From assembly GCA_039034035.1 (NCBI GenBank), contig JBCCBN010000023.1:1-26122 (forward strand): a stretch of DNA of 26,122 nt, written 5' to 3'. Within the stretch, counting starts at the first letter, position 1. The number at the start of each line of letters is the position of its first letter. The notes under the pieces were generated by a model that was given only the letters and a program-made list of their open reading frames with translations, had not been told where the DNA came from and searched no databases. The translations under genes were made by a program, and so were the position numbers. Positions 16,426 to 24,718 of the stretch are shown one piece after another. The DNA is from Pseudomonadota bacterium (GTDB taxonomy: Bacteria; Pseudomonadota; Alphaproteobacteria; Caulobacterales; Hyphomonadaceae).

Positions 16426-18525
16426 CTACGGCGTGCACAGGCGCGCGCTGTAAGTATTGAGGAAATTCTGAACATCGCGATAGTCCCGGCCATCGTCGGG
16501 GAGATTGAAATCGTAGTCGCCATTGCAGGCCAGCGAGGCTTCCTTGAGGTAGATGAGGATTTTCTCGGTGCCGACGGGTGGCAGGGTTTCGGCGCGGGGC
16601 CAGTCAAAATCGGTCACATCCTCATCGGTCACCGTACTGAGGGCGAAGTCGAGATTACTCCGCGCAATCTGGCGGGCGGCGCGCGCACCGGAAACGCTGA
16701 GCCGCTGGGCCCGGCGCATCTGGAACATTGCCTGTAGGAGGAGTTCGTCGGGGGATGTGCCGAGGGAGCATCGCGGCTCATCGCTGTCATTCGTCCAGCG
16801 CCCCCCGGCACGGATGCGCGCAAGGCAGGCGATTCGGGTGTAGCTCTCATCAGAGCGGCGGAGGTCAGCAGCCCGGTCGGCGTTCTCTACCGCGGTGGAA
16901 AACCGGTTTGAGAGCGCATTCACGGAGCTGAGCAGACTATAGGCCTCGGCCTGAAACGTGGGCGCATCAACAAAGGTCTGGGTGGCGTTTGAGCCTGTCA
17001 GCGCTGCAAGCGTGGCCGCCGCCGCGGTCTCATCGCCATGCTTGAACTGATGGCCGGCAAGTTTGAGCACGGGCTTGGCGGACCGGGGCGTTTCGGCGCG
17101 GGCGGCAAGGAGGATGTCGCGCACCTCATCGGGGTTGCGGCCGGCCGCATCGGCTGCGCTGGCCTGACGTAACAGAGCGTCCGATAGTGCGTTGGGCGAC
17201 GCTTCTGGATCGGCTCTCAACTGAGCCACGGCTTGGTTGAACTTGTCGGCCGCGCAGGCCCAATCCCGCTTGCGCTCGCAGGCGCTGGCCCAGCCGAGCA
17301 GGTCTTCCGCTTCACCGGAGAGGCTGGCGGCTTGCTCATAATCGAGTAGCGCCCGGTCGAACGGATCGAGGCCACCCGTGATGTCACGCGCGTCGCCAAT
17401 GCTGGCGAGGGCTTCCCATGTGCCGGCGCGTCCTCGGAAGGCTGCGGCCTGGGCTAGCGGTTCTGTGTCGGCAGCGAGGGCGCGGGAGAAATACTCTTCG
17501 GCCTGGCGCAGGAGAGCCGCATCCTCATCGTCGGTTCCGAGCCGGAGATGGGCATTGCCAAGGCCGGAAAGCGCACGGGCGCTTTGGCGGTTTGCCGCGA
17601 GCGCGCGGGTATAAAGCTGGATCGCGCCGCGCTCGTTCCCGTCTTCGGCGAGCGCGGTGTCGGCCAGCTCTACAGCATAGCTTTCCAGCCGCTCACGGGC
17701 ATCAGCCTTGAGTGGTCCATTGATCGGGCTGTTGACCACGGTTTCATACGCATCAATGGCATCCTGACCATCGAGCGCTCCATCTCGAGCGCGGTGGAGA
17801 TCGCCGAGCAGCAGATGGAAACGGTCATATTGTTCACCGCGGGTTCCGTCTTCTAGGCGCGCATAGGGCTGGGCGACCTGTCGGTCCTGGCTCATTCGGT
17901 CGATTGCGAGGCTAAGGCAGGTCTCTCGGCGGGTGCAGGTGGCGCGGCGAGGGTCGAGGCGGGCAGTCTCGACCGTCTCGGAAAGGGACGTCAAGGCTGT
18001 GGCATAGGCAAGGACGCGGTCGAGGCGAAAGGCCTGGGTCTGAGCCGTCCACGCGCGGATCGCTCGCTCGCGTTCGGCCTCACTCCGCACGGTCCGGAGG
18101 GTCTCGGGCACCGTATTCAGCCAGCCATCGGTGTTCTGGAGGTTGTCGAATGAGGCGCGCAGCAAGGCGACCGATGCCTGCAGGGGTTCAATGGAGGGCT
18201 GGCCGCTGCTCATGGACGCGGCGTCAAGATAAGCGCGGCCGGCATGGTAGTAGGCGACGCCGCGCTCCCTGACGCGCAAGTTTGTATCATTGTCTGCCAC
18301 GCTTTCACAGCGCCGGGCCAGATCGAGCGCGTCGGCAGCGCCTGACGCACGCGGAGCGGCGAGGTCGATACAACTTGCGCTAGCGGTGGATATGGGTGCT
18401 GGACCGGGTGTGGGCGCTGTCGTCGTGGTCTCGCATGCGGCCAGCGAAACCAGGGAAATTGCTGCAAACACCCGTGAAAGGAACGACCTGTCCATGGTCA
18501 AAGCTACACTCCCCGAACGCGCCAT
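16426..18525 (-). CDS. hypothetical TPR-like helical-repeat lipoprotein
   Basis: 699 aa. Lipoprotein signal with lipobox (…FAAISLVSLAAC/ETTTT) when read from the internal start MDRSFLS (18495). The remainder is Ala/Leu/Arg-rich helical-repeat sequence with several TPR-like A-x-x-x-Y/L-A spacings and multiple Cys. No catalytic motif recognised. Confidence 0.65.
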   Translation of the reverse strand: MARSGSVALTMDRSFLSRVFAAISLVSLAACETTTTAPTPGPAPISTASASCIDLAAPRASGAADALDLARRCESVADNDTNLRVRERGVAYYHAGRAYLDAASMSSGQPSIEPLQASVALLRASFDNLQNTDGWLNTVPETLRTVRSEAERERAIRAWTAQTQAFRLDRVLAYATALTSLSETVETARLDPRRATCTRRETCLSLAIDRMSQDRQVAQPYARLEDGTRGEQYDRFHLLLGDLHRARDGALDGQDAIDAYETVVNSPINGPLKADARERLESYAVELADTALAEDGNERGAIQLYTRALAANRQSARALSGLGNAHLRLGTDDEDAALLRQAEEYFSRALAADTEPLAQAAAFRGRAGTWEALASIGDARDITGGLDPFDRALLDYEQAASLSGEAEDLLGWASACERKRDWACAADKFNQAVAQLRADPEASPNALSDALLRQASAADAAGRNPDEVRDILLAARAETPRSAKPVLKLAGHQFKHGDETAAAATLAALTGSNATQTFVDAPTFQAEAYSLLSSVNALSNRFSTAVENADRAADLRRSDESYTRIACLARIRAGGRWTNDSDEPRCSLGTSPDELLLQAMFQMRRAQRLSVSGARAARQIARSNLDFALSTVTDEDVTDFDWPRAETLPPVGTEKILIYLKEASLACNGDYDFNLPDDGRDYRDVQNFLNTYSARLCTP

Positions 18526-18861
18526 GAGGCGCCGATGAATAAACAGGTTAATGCCTGTTAAGTAAAGTCAGCGCGTTGAACGAAGATTATCCAATCGCGT
18601 CAAGGCGATTTCGACGCGGTGAGACGCGAACAGATGCAGACTTGTCACACTTTTCGGCCCCTGCCCGAAGCCGGCGCAGGACGGTAGCTGAGGGGTGTGA
18701 ATGCGGGTGTGTCGCTTCGGTTGTTGCACGTGAACTGCATGGCAATCGATGTGCAATCATTGAAAAGCGATATGTAGCTCTCCATCTGCGCGATATTGGC
18801 AAGCGGGCCTCGTCCAACCTGCCAGCGACTTGGACGAGTGTCAGACTGAAAAGGAAAATCC

Positions 18862-19056
18862 ATGCAACCCACTGCACGTGAAGCTGCCTTGGCCGAAATT
18901 GCCGCCAGCCTGAATTCGGACGCCCCTGACCCTTATGAAAAGATCCTGTTCGGGCACTTGGAAGAGAGCGTCACCGAACCGGCGCGTGAACCCGCTGGTA
19001 ACCCGGTCGTCGGCGAGCGCCGGACAGCGGTGCCTGGTGATCGAGAAGCGACTTGA
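18862..19056 (+). CDS. hypothetical small protein (64 aa)
   Basis: ATG preceded by an aaaaggaaaatcc RBS-like purine tract. Third-position GC bias is coding-like. The acidic sequence MQPTAREAALAEIAASLNSDAPDPYEKILFGHLEES... has no known domain. Convergent on the 485-aa gene. Confidence 0.3.
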   Translation: MQPTAREAALAEIAASLNSDAPDPYEKILFGHLEESVTEPAREPAGNPVVGERRTAVPGDREAT

Positions 19057-19062
19057 GGCGAC

Positions 19063-20520
19063 CTAGGTGCAATTGGGGGTGAAGTCGGGGTGCTCTGATT
19101 GCAGGAGGGCGGCGGCCAACTCGTAGTGGGGCGGTTTGAGCAGCTTGCGGATCTCGCACATGTTGAACTCGTCGGCCTGGAACAGCGCCACATTGCGGCG
19201 GGCGTCTTCAGCCGCGCCGGCGACGCCAATCTCGCGGGCCACAAAAGCGCGCACCAGTTCGTTCCAGGCGAATAGACCGGTCCGCTCGACCGCCTCGGCA
19301 TTGGCAAAGGCGCCGCTGAAGTCATCATCAAGGAGATAGGCGAAGCTGATATTCTCGCCCGACCCGCTCACCTGGTTCTCGGTTTGCTGGAGTTGGCGGC
19401 GCAAGTCGATGGCCCGCTGCAGGCAGGCGTGCATGAGGCGTGTGCGATCAGAACCATAGGTGATTTCGCCCGTGGGACAGGCATCGCGCGCCAAGTCGTG
19501 GGCGGAGTTGACCGACTGGTATCCGCCCGCATCGGCGGCGATCAGGACCGTTCCAAGACCGTGGAAGGCATTCATCTCAAGGGTGAGCAGGGCCTCCCTA
19601 CGGGCCGCACTTCCGCCGGCATCATCGGTGGATACCGCTTCGCTGCGTTGAACGGCCAGGCTGTAGTTCCGGAGCGCTTCTTCCACCAGCCCCTGTTTTC
19701 GAGCGCATTGTCCGCGCCAGTAAAGCTGCTGGGGGCCAAGCGTCTCTAGTGCGCCGATGGCGTCGGTGGCAGCGAAAAGGGCGTCACAGTCTTCAAGCGC
19801 ATAGTTGGACCGAGGTGAGGAGGCATTCTCGAACGCGATCCAGGCCAGCCCGGTCTTGGCGATACCGGCGAGACCGGGCGCCGACTGAACGGACGTGAAG
19901 GCGTCCTGGGCCTCGCGGAGGGTTTGGGGCAGACCGGTTGCACCACGAGGAATTTCGTCTCCGCCGCGCTCCCATTCCATCAAGAGGAGGACGCCATTGA
20001 ACAGCGCGGTCTGGGATGCAGTTGCGGTGGTCCCGGTTGGATCAGCCGCCTCGATACTCTGTTCGAGCCTTTGTTCGCTGGCAAGGGATCGGACACCGCG
20101 CTCGAGGAAGTCGATAGAGGCTTCGAGGCCGCTATCGATCGATACGGACTGGTCGCCGACCTGAGTGATGGAGAGCATTTCGGCATAGTTGCGGCGGATC
20201 GAGGCTTCCTGCCCGGCAATCCGGTTACTGAGATCGGAGGCGAGGATCCGGGTTTCGAAAGCGCGGCGTTCGAGACGCTCGGAATCCTCGGCCAGGGTCT
20301 GGGCGACGAAGTAATAATAAGCGCCCAAGGCCGCGGACATGGCGACGACGAGGAACAACGCGCTGAACCCAGCTACGAGAATGCCGCGCATGCCGCGTTG
20401 CTCAGCGGCGACCAGGGCAATGAGTTCTGAATCTTCTTTTTCCGTCACTGCGGCCCCTCTCAACCGACAACCGATCCGATCATATCCATCCAGATGCTCC
20501 GCTTGGACTTGCTGGCGCAT
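19063..20520 (-). CDS. hypothetical membrane-anchored protein (N-terminal signal-anchor plus ~440-aa soluble domain)
   Basis: 485 aa. One TM (GILVAGFSALFLVVAMSAALGAYYYFVAQ) follows a short basic N-terminal tail. The remainder is helical and Ala/Leu-rich with 5 Cys. An alternative start is ATG 20391. It overlaps the upstream 2-TM gene by 61 nt if read from 20520. Confidence 0.6.
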   Translation of the reverse strand: MRQQVQAEHLDGYDRIGCRLRGAAVTEKEDSELIALVAAEQRGMRGILVAGFSALFLVVAMSAALGAYYYFVAQTLAEDSERLERRAFETRILASDLSNRIAGQEASIRRNYAEMLSITQVGDQSVSIDSGLEASIDFLERGVRSLASEQRLEQSIEAADPTGTTATASQTALFNGVLLLMEWERGGDEIPRGATGLPQTLREAQDAFTSVQSAPGLAGIAKTGLAWIAFENASSPRSNYALEDCDALFAATDAIGALETLGPQQLYWRGQCARKQGLVEEALRNYSLAVQRSEAVSTDDAGGSAARREALLTLEMNAFHGLGTVLIAADAGGYQSVNSAHDLARDACPTGEITYGSDRTRLMHACLQRAIDLRRQLQQTENQVSGSGENISFAYLLDDDFSGAFANAEAVERTGLFAWNELVRAFVAREIGVAGAAEDARRNVALFQADEFNMCEIRKLLKPPHYELAAALLQSEHPDFTPNCT

Positions 20521-20936
20521 TGCAGCTGGCTGACGAAGCCGGCAAACAGCTTCATCCGGCCCGCCCGCGCCGCATAGAGCGATCGGTCGATGGAATTGAC
20601 GCAGTTATGGGCAGCGCACCAACTGGCGAAGAAGCCGACCATTGCTGCGGAAATCGGGGCCAGGATCTGCATCAGCGTGAGCCAGATACCGCTCGATCCA
20701 CCGCCGGACGAATTGGCGAACAAGTACGCAATTGTGGCCATGGCGCCGAGCAGGAGCACGAAACTGAAGACGAACAATCCAAAGCAGATCGAGCGGATCC
20801 GGCAATGGTGCCGTTTCTCGTTCTCGAGGATGTTCGCAAGAACGTCCACGTCACCCGTTTCGATTGATGATTCGATCATCTGGGATGTCCCGCGTGCCAG
20901 CGTTGCGACGTTAGTGGCAGACCCATCGGCGCGCAA
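20460..20936 (-). CDS. hypothetical small inner-membrane protein (2 TM helices)
   Basis: 158 aa. TM1 CFGLFVFSFVLLLGAMATIAYLF. A Gly/Ser linker. TM2 LTLMQILAPISAAMVGFFASWCAA. Start is ambiguous: TTG at 20936 or ATG at 20879 (MIESSIE). Local GC (~57%) is lower than the surrounding genes. Confidence 0.5.
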   Translation of the reverse strand: MRADGSATNVATLARGTSQMIESSIETGDVDVLANILENEKRHHCRIRSICFGLFVFSFVLLLGAMATIAYLFANSSGGGSSGIWLTLMQILAPISAAMVGFFASWCAAHNCVNSIDRSLYAARAGRMKLFAGFVSQLQCASKSKRSIWMDMIGSVVG

Positions 20937-21047
20937 GCTGAACGCGTGTGGCGACTGCGAATTGGAGGGCGTGCGGTTTGGCGATGGGATTGGGGCGTTC
21001 GAGCGAGGCCTTGACCATTGGGGTGTCTGGCGCCCAAGCGCTGAAGC

Positions 21048-22460
21048 ATGGACCCGACCTCGCCCGCCCCTACCCCCGCGTCCTCGTCGCCTCGCGAAAC
21101 CGCGCCGCTAAGCCGGTTACGGACGCTGGCACTGGCCTGGCCGATCGTGCTGGCGCAGGCCGCGACGGCGACCACCAGCACGGTCGATACGCTGGTCATG
21201 GGCCGATATGGCAGCGCAGAGGCGCTGGGCGCGGTTGGGGTCGCGTCGGTGGCAACGCTGTTCCTGTTCTGGGCGTTCGGCTTCCTGCGGATGGCGACGA
21301 CTGGGCTGGCAGCCCAGGCCGATGGCGCCGGCGATGAGGGTGAGGTTGGGGCGGTCCTGATTAGGGGGTTGTTGCTGGGCGCGGGGCTTGGCGTAACCAT
21401 CATCATCGTGTTCCCGATCTTTCGCTGGGGCGCATTGGCCGCGTTCGCGGCGGACCCGGCGGTCGAGACCCTTGCGAGGGGATATTTCAATGCCCGGATC
21501 TGGGGAGCGCCGGCCGCGCTGATGGGGTATGCAGTGACCGGATGGCTGATCGGGACCGGGCGGACGCGCAGCCTGCTTGCTTTTCAAGTCGTGTTGAACG
21601 CGGTCAATGCGGGCCTGGATGTATGGTTTGTAGCGGGGCTGGACCTGGGTCCGGCGGGGATCGGTGCAGGGACGGCGATTGCGGAGTGGGTGGCGCTGGC
21701 CTTCGGGCTGGCGCTGGTGCGGACGTCGCTGCGGCGGACTGAAGGCCTGTTCGACAGGGCCAGGCTGATGGCCCTGTTTGCGGCCAATCGGGACATCATG
21801 ATCCGCACGCTCGCCTTGCTGTTCGCTTTTGCATGGTTTGTGAACGCAGGCGCCCGGGTCGGAACCGCTGCGCTCGCGGGCAATGAGGTGTTGCGCCAGT
21901 TCGTGACGGTGATGGCGTTCGTGCTGGACGCGTTTGCGTTTGTCGCCGAGAAGGAAGCGGGAGCGGCGTATGGTGCGCGCGACCGGGAACGGTTCCTGCG
22001 GGCTGTGCGGATCACTAGCGAGCTGTCCTTTGCGTTCGCATTGGGTTTCAGCGCGCTCTTCCTACTGCTTGGCGGGCCTGTGATCGAAGCGGTGGTGAGC
22101 GATGCTGACGCTCGTGCGGCGGCACTGACCTATGTGCCGGCTATGGCCGCGGTGCCGCTGGTGGGTTGGATGGCCTACCAGTTGGACGGCATCTTCATTG
22201 GCGCAACGCGCGGGCATGCCTTGCGGAATGCGGGCGTGGCGGCGACGGTGCTGTATGTGGCCACCGATAGCCTGCTGCGCCCGGCATTTGGCAATTGGGG
22301 GGTCTGGGCGGCATTCCTGGCTATGTTTGCCTATCGGGCCGGCGGGTTGCTGGTCTACTGGCCTGGATTATTGGCGGATGTCAGCGAAGATCAGCGCCCA
22401 CCGCCGCCGCCACCGTCTCGAAGCCGTCAGAGCGGAGCGCGCCAGCCAGTTCGAGATTGA
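21048..22460 (+). CDS. MATE-family efflux transporter (DinF/NorM-like)
   Basis: 470 aa with ~12 TM segments. LALAWPIVLAQAATATTSTVDTLVMGRYGSAEALGAVGVAS opens repeat unit 1. ALAGNEVLRQFVTVMAFVLDAFAFVAEKEAGAAYGAR opens repeat unit 2. The last ~30 residues (…EDQRPPPPPPSRSR…) look non-native and overlap pyrD on the other strand. Confidence 0.8.
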   Translation: MDPTSPAPTPASSSPRETAPLSRLRTLALAWPIVLAQAATATTSTVDTLVMGRYGSAEALGAVGVASVATLFLFWAFGFLRMATTGLAAQADGAGDEGEVGAVLIRGLLLGAGLGVTIIIVFPIFRWGALAAFAADPAVETLARGYFNARIWGAPAALMGYAVTGWLIGTGRTRSLLAFQVVLNAVNAGLDVWFVAGLDLGPAGIGAGTAIAEWVALAFGLALVRTSLRRTEGLFDRARLMALFAANRDIMIRTLALLFAFAWFVNAGARVGTAALAGNEVLRQFVTVMAFVLDAFAFVAEKEAGAAYGARDRERFLRAVRITSELSFAFALGFSALFLLLGGPVIEAVVSDADARAAALTYVPAMAAVPLVGWMAYQLDGIFIGATRGHALRNAGVAATVLYVATDSLLRPAFGNWGVWAAFLAMFAYRAGGLLVYWPGLLADVSEDQRPPPPPPSRSRQSGARQPVRD

Positions 22461-23487
22461 TCGTCTCGACAAGGGCCGGTCCGCCATAGACCAACGCGGT
22501 ATAGAGCTGGACCGCGTGGGCACCGGCGCGGATCTTCCGGTAGGCGTCCAGGCCGTTGGCAATACCCCCCGCGCCGATCAGGTCGAACCGGCCATCGAGG
22601 CGGCGGGCGAATGCGCGAAGCACATCCGTGGAGGCCGCCATCAGCGGCGCGCCGGAGAGGCCGCCCTGCTCGAACCGGTCCTTTGCCTTCAGCGTTTCGG
22701 GCCGCTCAAGCGTGGTGTTGGAGATAATCAGCCCCGATAACCAGCCGCCGTCGGTCTTGAGCACCGAAACAATGTCGTCGATCGCAGTTTCGTCCAGGTC
22801 GGGGGCGAGTTTGAGCAAAACTGGGCGCTTGCCGGGGGCATGCGATTGGTCGCCCCACATGGACAGGAAGGTGTGATGGGCGGTGGCCCTGGCCGCTTCA
22901 CAGCGGACCAGCAGCGCGGATAGGGCTTCGGGGTCCTGCAGGCCTCGCAGCCCCGGCGTGTTGGGCGAGGAGATATTGATCGTGATGTAGTCGCAATGGG
23001 CATAAACAGCCTCAATCCCAGTGGCGTAGTCGGCGATCCGGTCCTCGGCAGTCTTGTTGGCCCCGACATTGGCGCCGAGAATGCCGGGCCTGCGGGGCGA
23101 AGCGGACAGGTTGGCGACGAAGGCGTCGAGCCCGCGATTGTTGAAGCCCATCCGGTTGATGACGGCGCGATCTTCCTCGAGGCGGAAGAGGCGCGGCTTG
23201 AAATTGCCCGGTTGCGGGCGGGGGGTCACGGTCCCGCATTCGACAAAGCCGAAGCCCATCTGGAACATGGGGGTGAATACATCAGCATTCTTGTCGAACC
23301 CGGCGGCTAGCCCGACGGGATTGGGCAGGTGTAGGCCCGAGCGCGGCAGGGTGATGGCCGTGGACCATTGCGCCGGATCGGCGCGCGAGACGCCGAGCCC
23401 GGCCTTCAACGCCCGGATGGTTGCGATGTGGGCAGCTTCGGGTGGCAGCCGCCGGACGGCCGATAATCCGAGATCATTGAGCGCCAT
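22381..23487 (-). CDS. pyrD: dihydroorotate dehydrogenase (quinone), class 2
   Basis: 368 aa. Contains LPNPVGLAAGFDKNADVFTPMFQMGFGFVECGTVTPRPQPGNFKPRLFRLEEDRAVINRMGFNN..., ...YITINISSPNTPGLRGLQ..., ...LIGAGGIANGLDAYRKIRAGAHAVQLYTALVYGGP. The N-terminal membrane-association helix is typical of class 2. Confidence 0.95.
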   Translation of the reverse strand: MALNDLGLSAVRRLPPEAAHIATIRALKAGLGVSRADPAQWSTAITLPRSGLHLPNPVGLAAGFDKNADVFTPMFQMGFGFVECGTVTPRPQPGNFKPRLFRLEEDRAVINRMGFNNRGLDAFVANLSASPRRPGILGANVGANKTAEDRIADYATGIEAVYAHCDYITINISSPNTPGLRGLQDPEALSALLVRCEAARATAHHTFLSMWGDQSHAPGKRPVLLKLAPDLDETAIDDIVSVLKTDGGWLSGLIISNTTLERPETLKAKDRFEQGGLSGAPLMAASTDVLRAFARRLDGRFDLIGAGGIANGLDAYRKIRAGAHAVQLYTALVYGGPALVETINLELAGALRSDGFETVAAAVGADLR

Positions 23488-23492
23488 GGCGG

Positions 23493-23837
23493 TTAGAGGT
23501 CCCCGGGCACTTGTGGCACCCCGTCTTCGCCCCGGGTGAGAACCCAGCGCCGGGTTGCCTGTTCCAGCCGCAGTGGACCGTAGAGATGGGGGAAATCAGC
23601 GCCGCCTCGGGAGGGTTCCCAGACAAGCTCATTGCCGAGATCGCTGACGCGGAACGCGTAGAGCACGACCTGATCGAGATCCCGGAAATGGCGCGTGAGC
23701 GTTTCCCCGATCTGCGGCGCTGTCGAGAGATGGACGAAGCCGTCTGCCGCATCGATCGCTGCACGGCTCGTTCCTATCGCCTCGGACGGGGCAACTTCCT
23801 CTGGCCGCAAGGCCTTGTACACGATCGCATAGGTCAT
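23493..23837 (-). CDS. DUF952 domain protein
   Basis: 114 aa. MTYAIVYKALRPEE...DGFVHLSTAPQIGETLTRHF...LVWEPSRGGADFPHLYGPLRLEQ matches the DUF952 consensus. Its stop is 5 nt upstream of pyrD, which is the pairing commonly seen in alphaproteobacteria. Confidence 0.8.
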   Translation of the reverse strand: MTYAIVYKALRPEEVAPSEAIGTSRAAIDAADGFVHLSTAPQIGETLTRHFRDLDQVVLYAFRVSDLGNELVWEPSRGGADFPHLYGPLRLEQATRRWVLTRGEDGVPQVPGDL

Positions 23838-24039
23838 CGGAGGGGTTCAAGCAGGCTTCAGAACTGGCGGCAAGGCCTGCAGCGACCGGGTTGGCAAAAC
23901 CCCTCTCCTCCCCTATCCCGCGCCCTTCGCCAGGCATGGGTGCGCATAACTCCTGCGTTGCGGTAGGTTGTTATTCCTATTCCGATCCTTCATACAATTG
24001 CCCGAACGGCTGGGTCAGATCGCCTGAGGAGGCTCTGTC

Positions 24040-24660
24040 ATGCGCCATGATGACATATGGAGAGGCATAGATGCCCTCGCCGCCGCGCATGGCATGTCCG
24101 CATCGGCCTTGGCGCGCAAGGCTGGACTGGACGCCACTGCGTTCAATCCGTCAAAACGGTTCAGCAGTGGCGGTCGGCCCCGCTGGCCCTCGACCGAAAG
24201 CGTCGGCCGGGCGCTCGAAGCGGTCGATGCATCGTTGGGGGACCTTGCTAATCTGATCGCGAACAAGCCGGACGGAAGCCGGATACCGATCATTGGTTTT
24301 GCTGAGGCGGGTCGGGACGGTTTCTTCGACGCAAAAGGGCTGCCGACCGGGCGGGCCTGGTCGCAGGTCACCCTGCCGGCCGGCACCGATGATGCGCTGT
24401 ATGCGTTGGAAGTTTCTGGCACCTCGATGTTACCAACTTTTCGTCCAGGTGACCGCCTTATCGTTGCGCCGAAAGCAGATGTTTCACCCGGTGACCGGAT
24501 TGTCTTGCGGACCAGTGATGGAGAGGTCATGGCCAAGGAGTTGGTTGAGCGGAGAAAGGGGCTGGTTTCGGTCCGTTCCTTGAACCCGGACTTTTCGCCT
24601 CGCTCGGTGCCTGAATCGGAGATAACATGGCTGGCGCGCATTCAATGGGTAAGCCAGTAA
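24040..24660 (+). CDS. CI/LexA-like transcriptional repressor (N-terminal HTH plus C-terminal S24 peptidase domain)
   Basis: 206 aa. HTH: MSASALARKAGLDATAFNPSKR. S24 domain with Ser nucleophile in ALEVSGTSMLPTFRPGDRLIV and the downstream Lys region ...DGEVMAKELVERRKG.... GAGGAGG RBS. Confidence 0.7.
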   Translation: MRHDDIWRGIDALAAAHGMSASALARKAGLDATAFNPSKRFSSGGRPRWPSTESVGRALEAVDASLGDLANLIANKPDGSRIPIIGFAEAGRDGFFDAKGLPTGRAWSQVTLPAGTDDALYALEVSGTSMLPTFRPGDRLIVAPKADVSPGDRIVLRTSDGEVMAKELVERRKGLVSVRSLNPDFSPRSVPESEITWLARIQWVSQ

Positions 24661-24718
24661 GTACAACAGTATGGGGCGCGGCTTGACATTCGGCCCGCGA
24701 CATTGACGGGTCACGCCG

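Noticed and set aside
18724-18756. TTGCAC-N21-GTGCAA inverted repeat as a definite operator
   Set aside because: It has only 6-bp arms with a long spacer and no flanking extension. This could arise by chance, so it is kept only as a weak note inside the intergenic-region finding.
21117-22015. Minus-strand ORFs 21117..21587 and 21584..22015
   Set aside because: They are antisense to the MATE transporter, and their Arg-rich composition is typical of GC-rich shadow frames.
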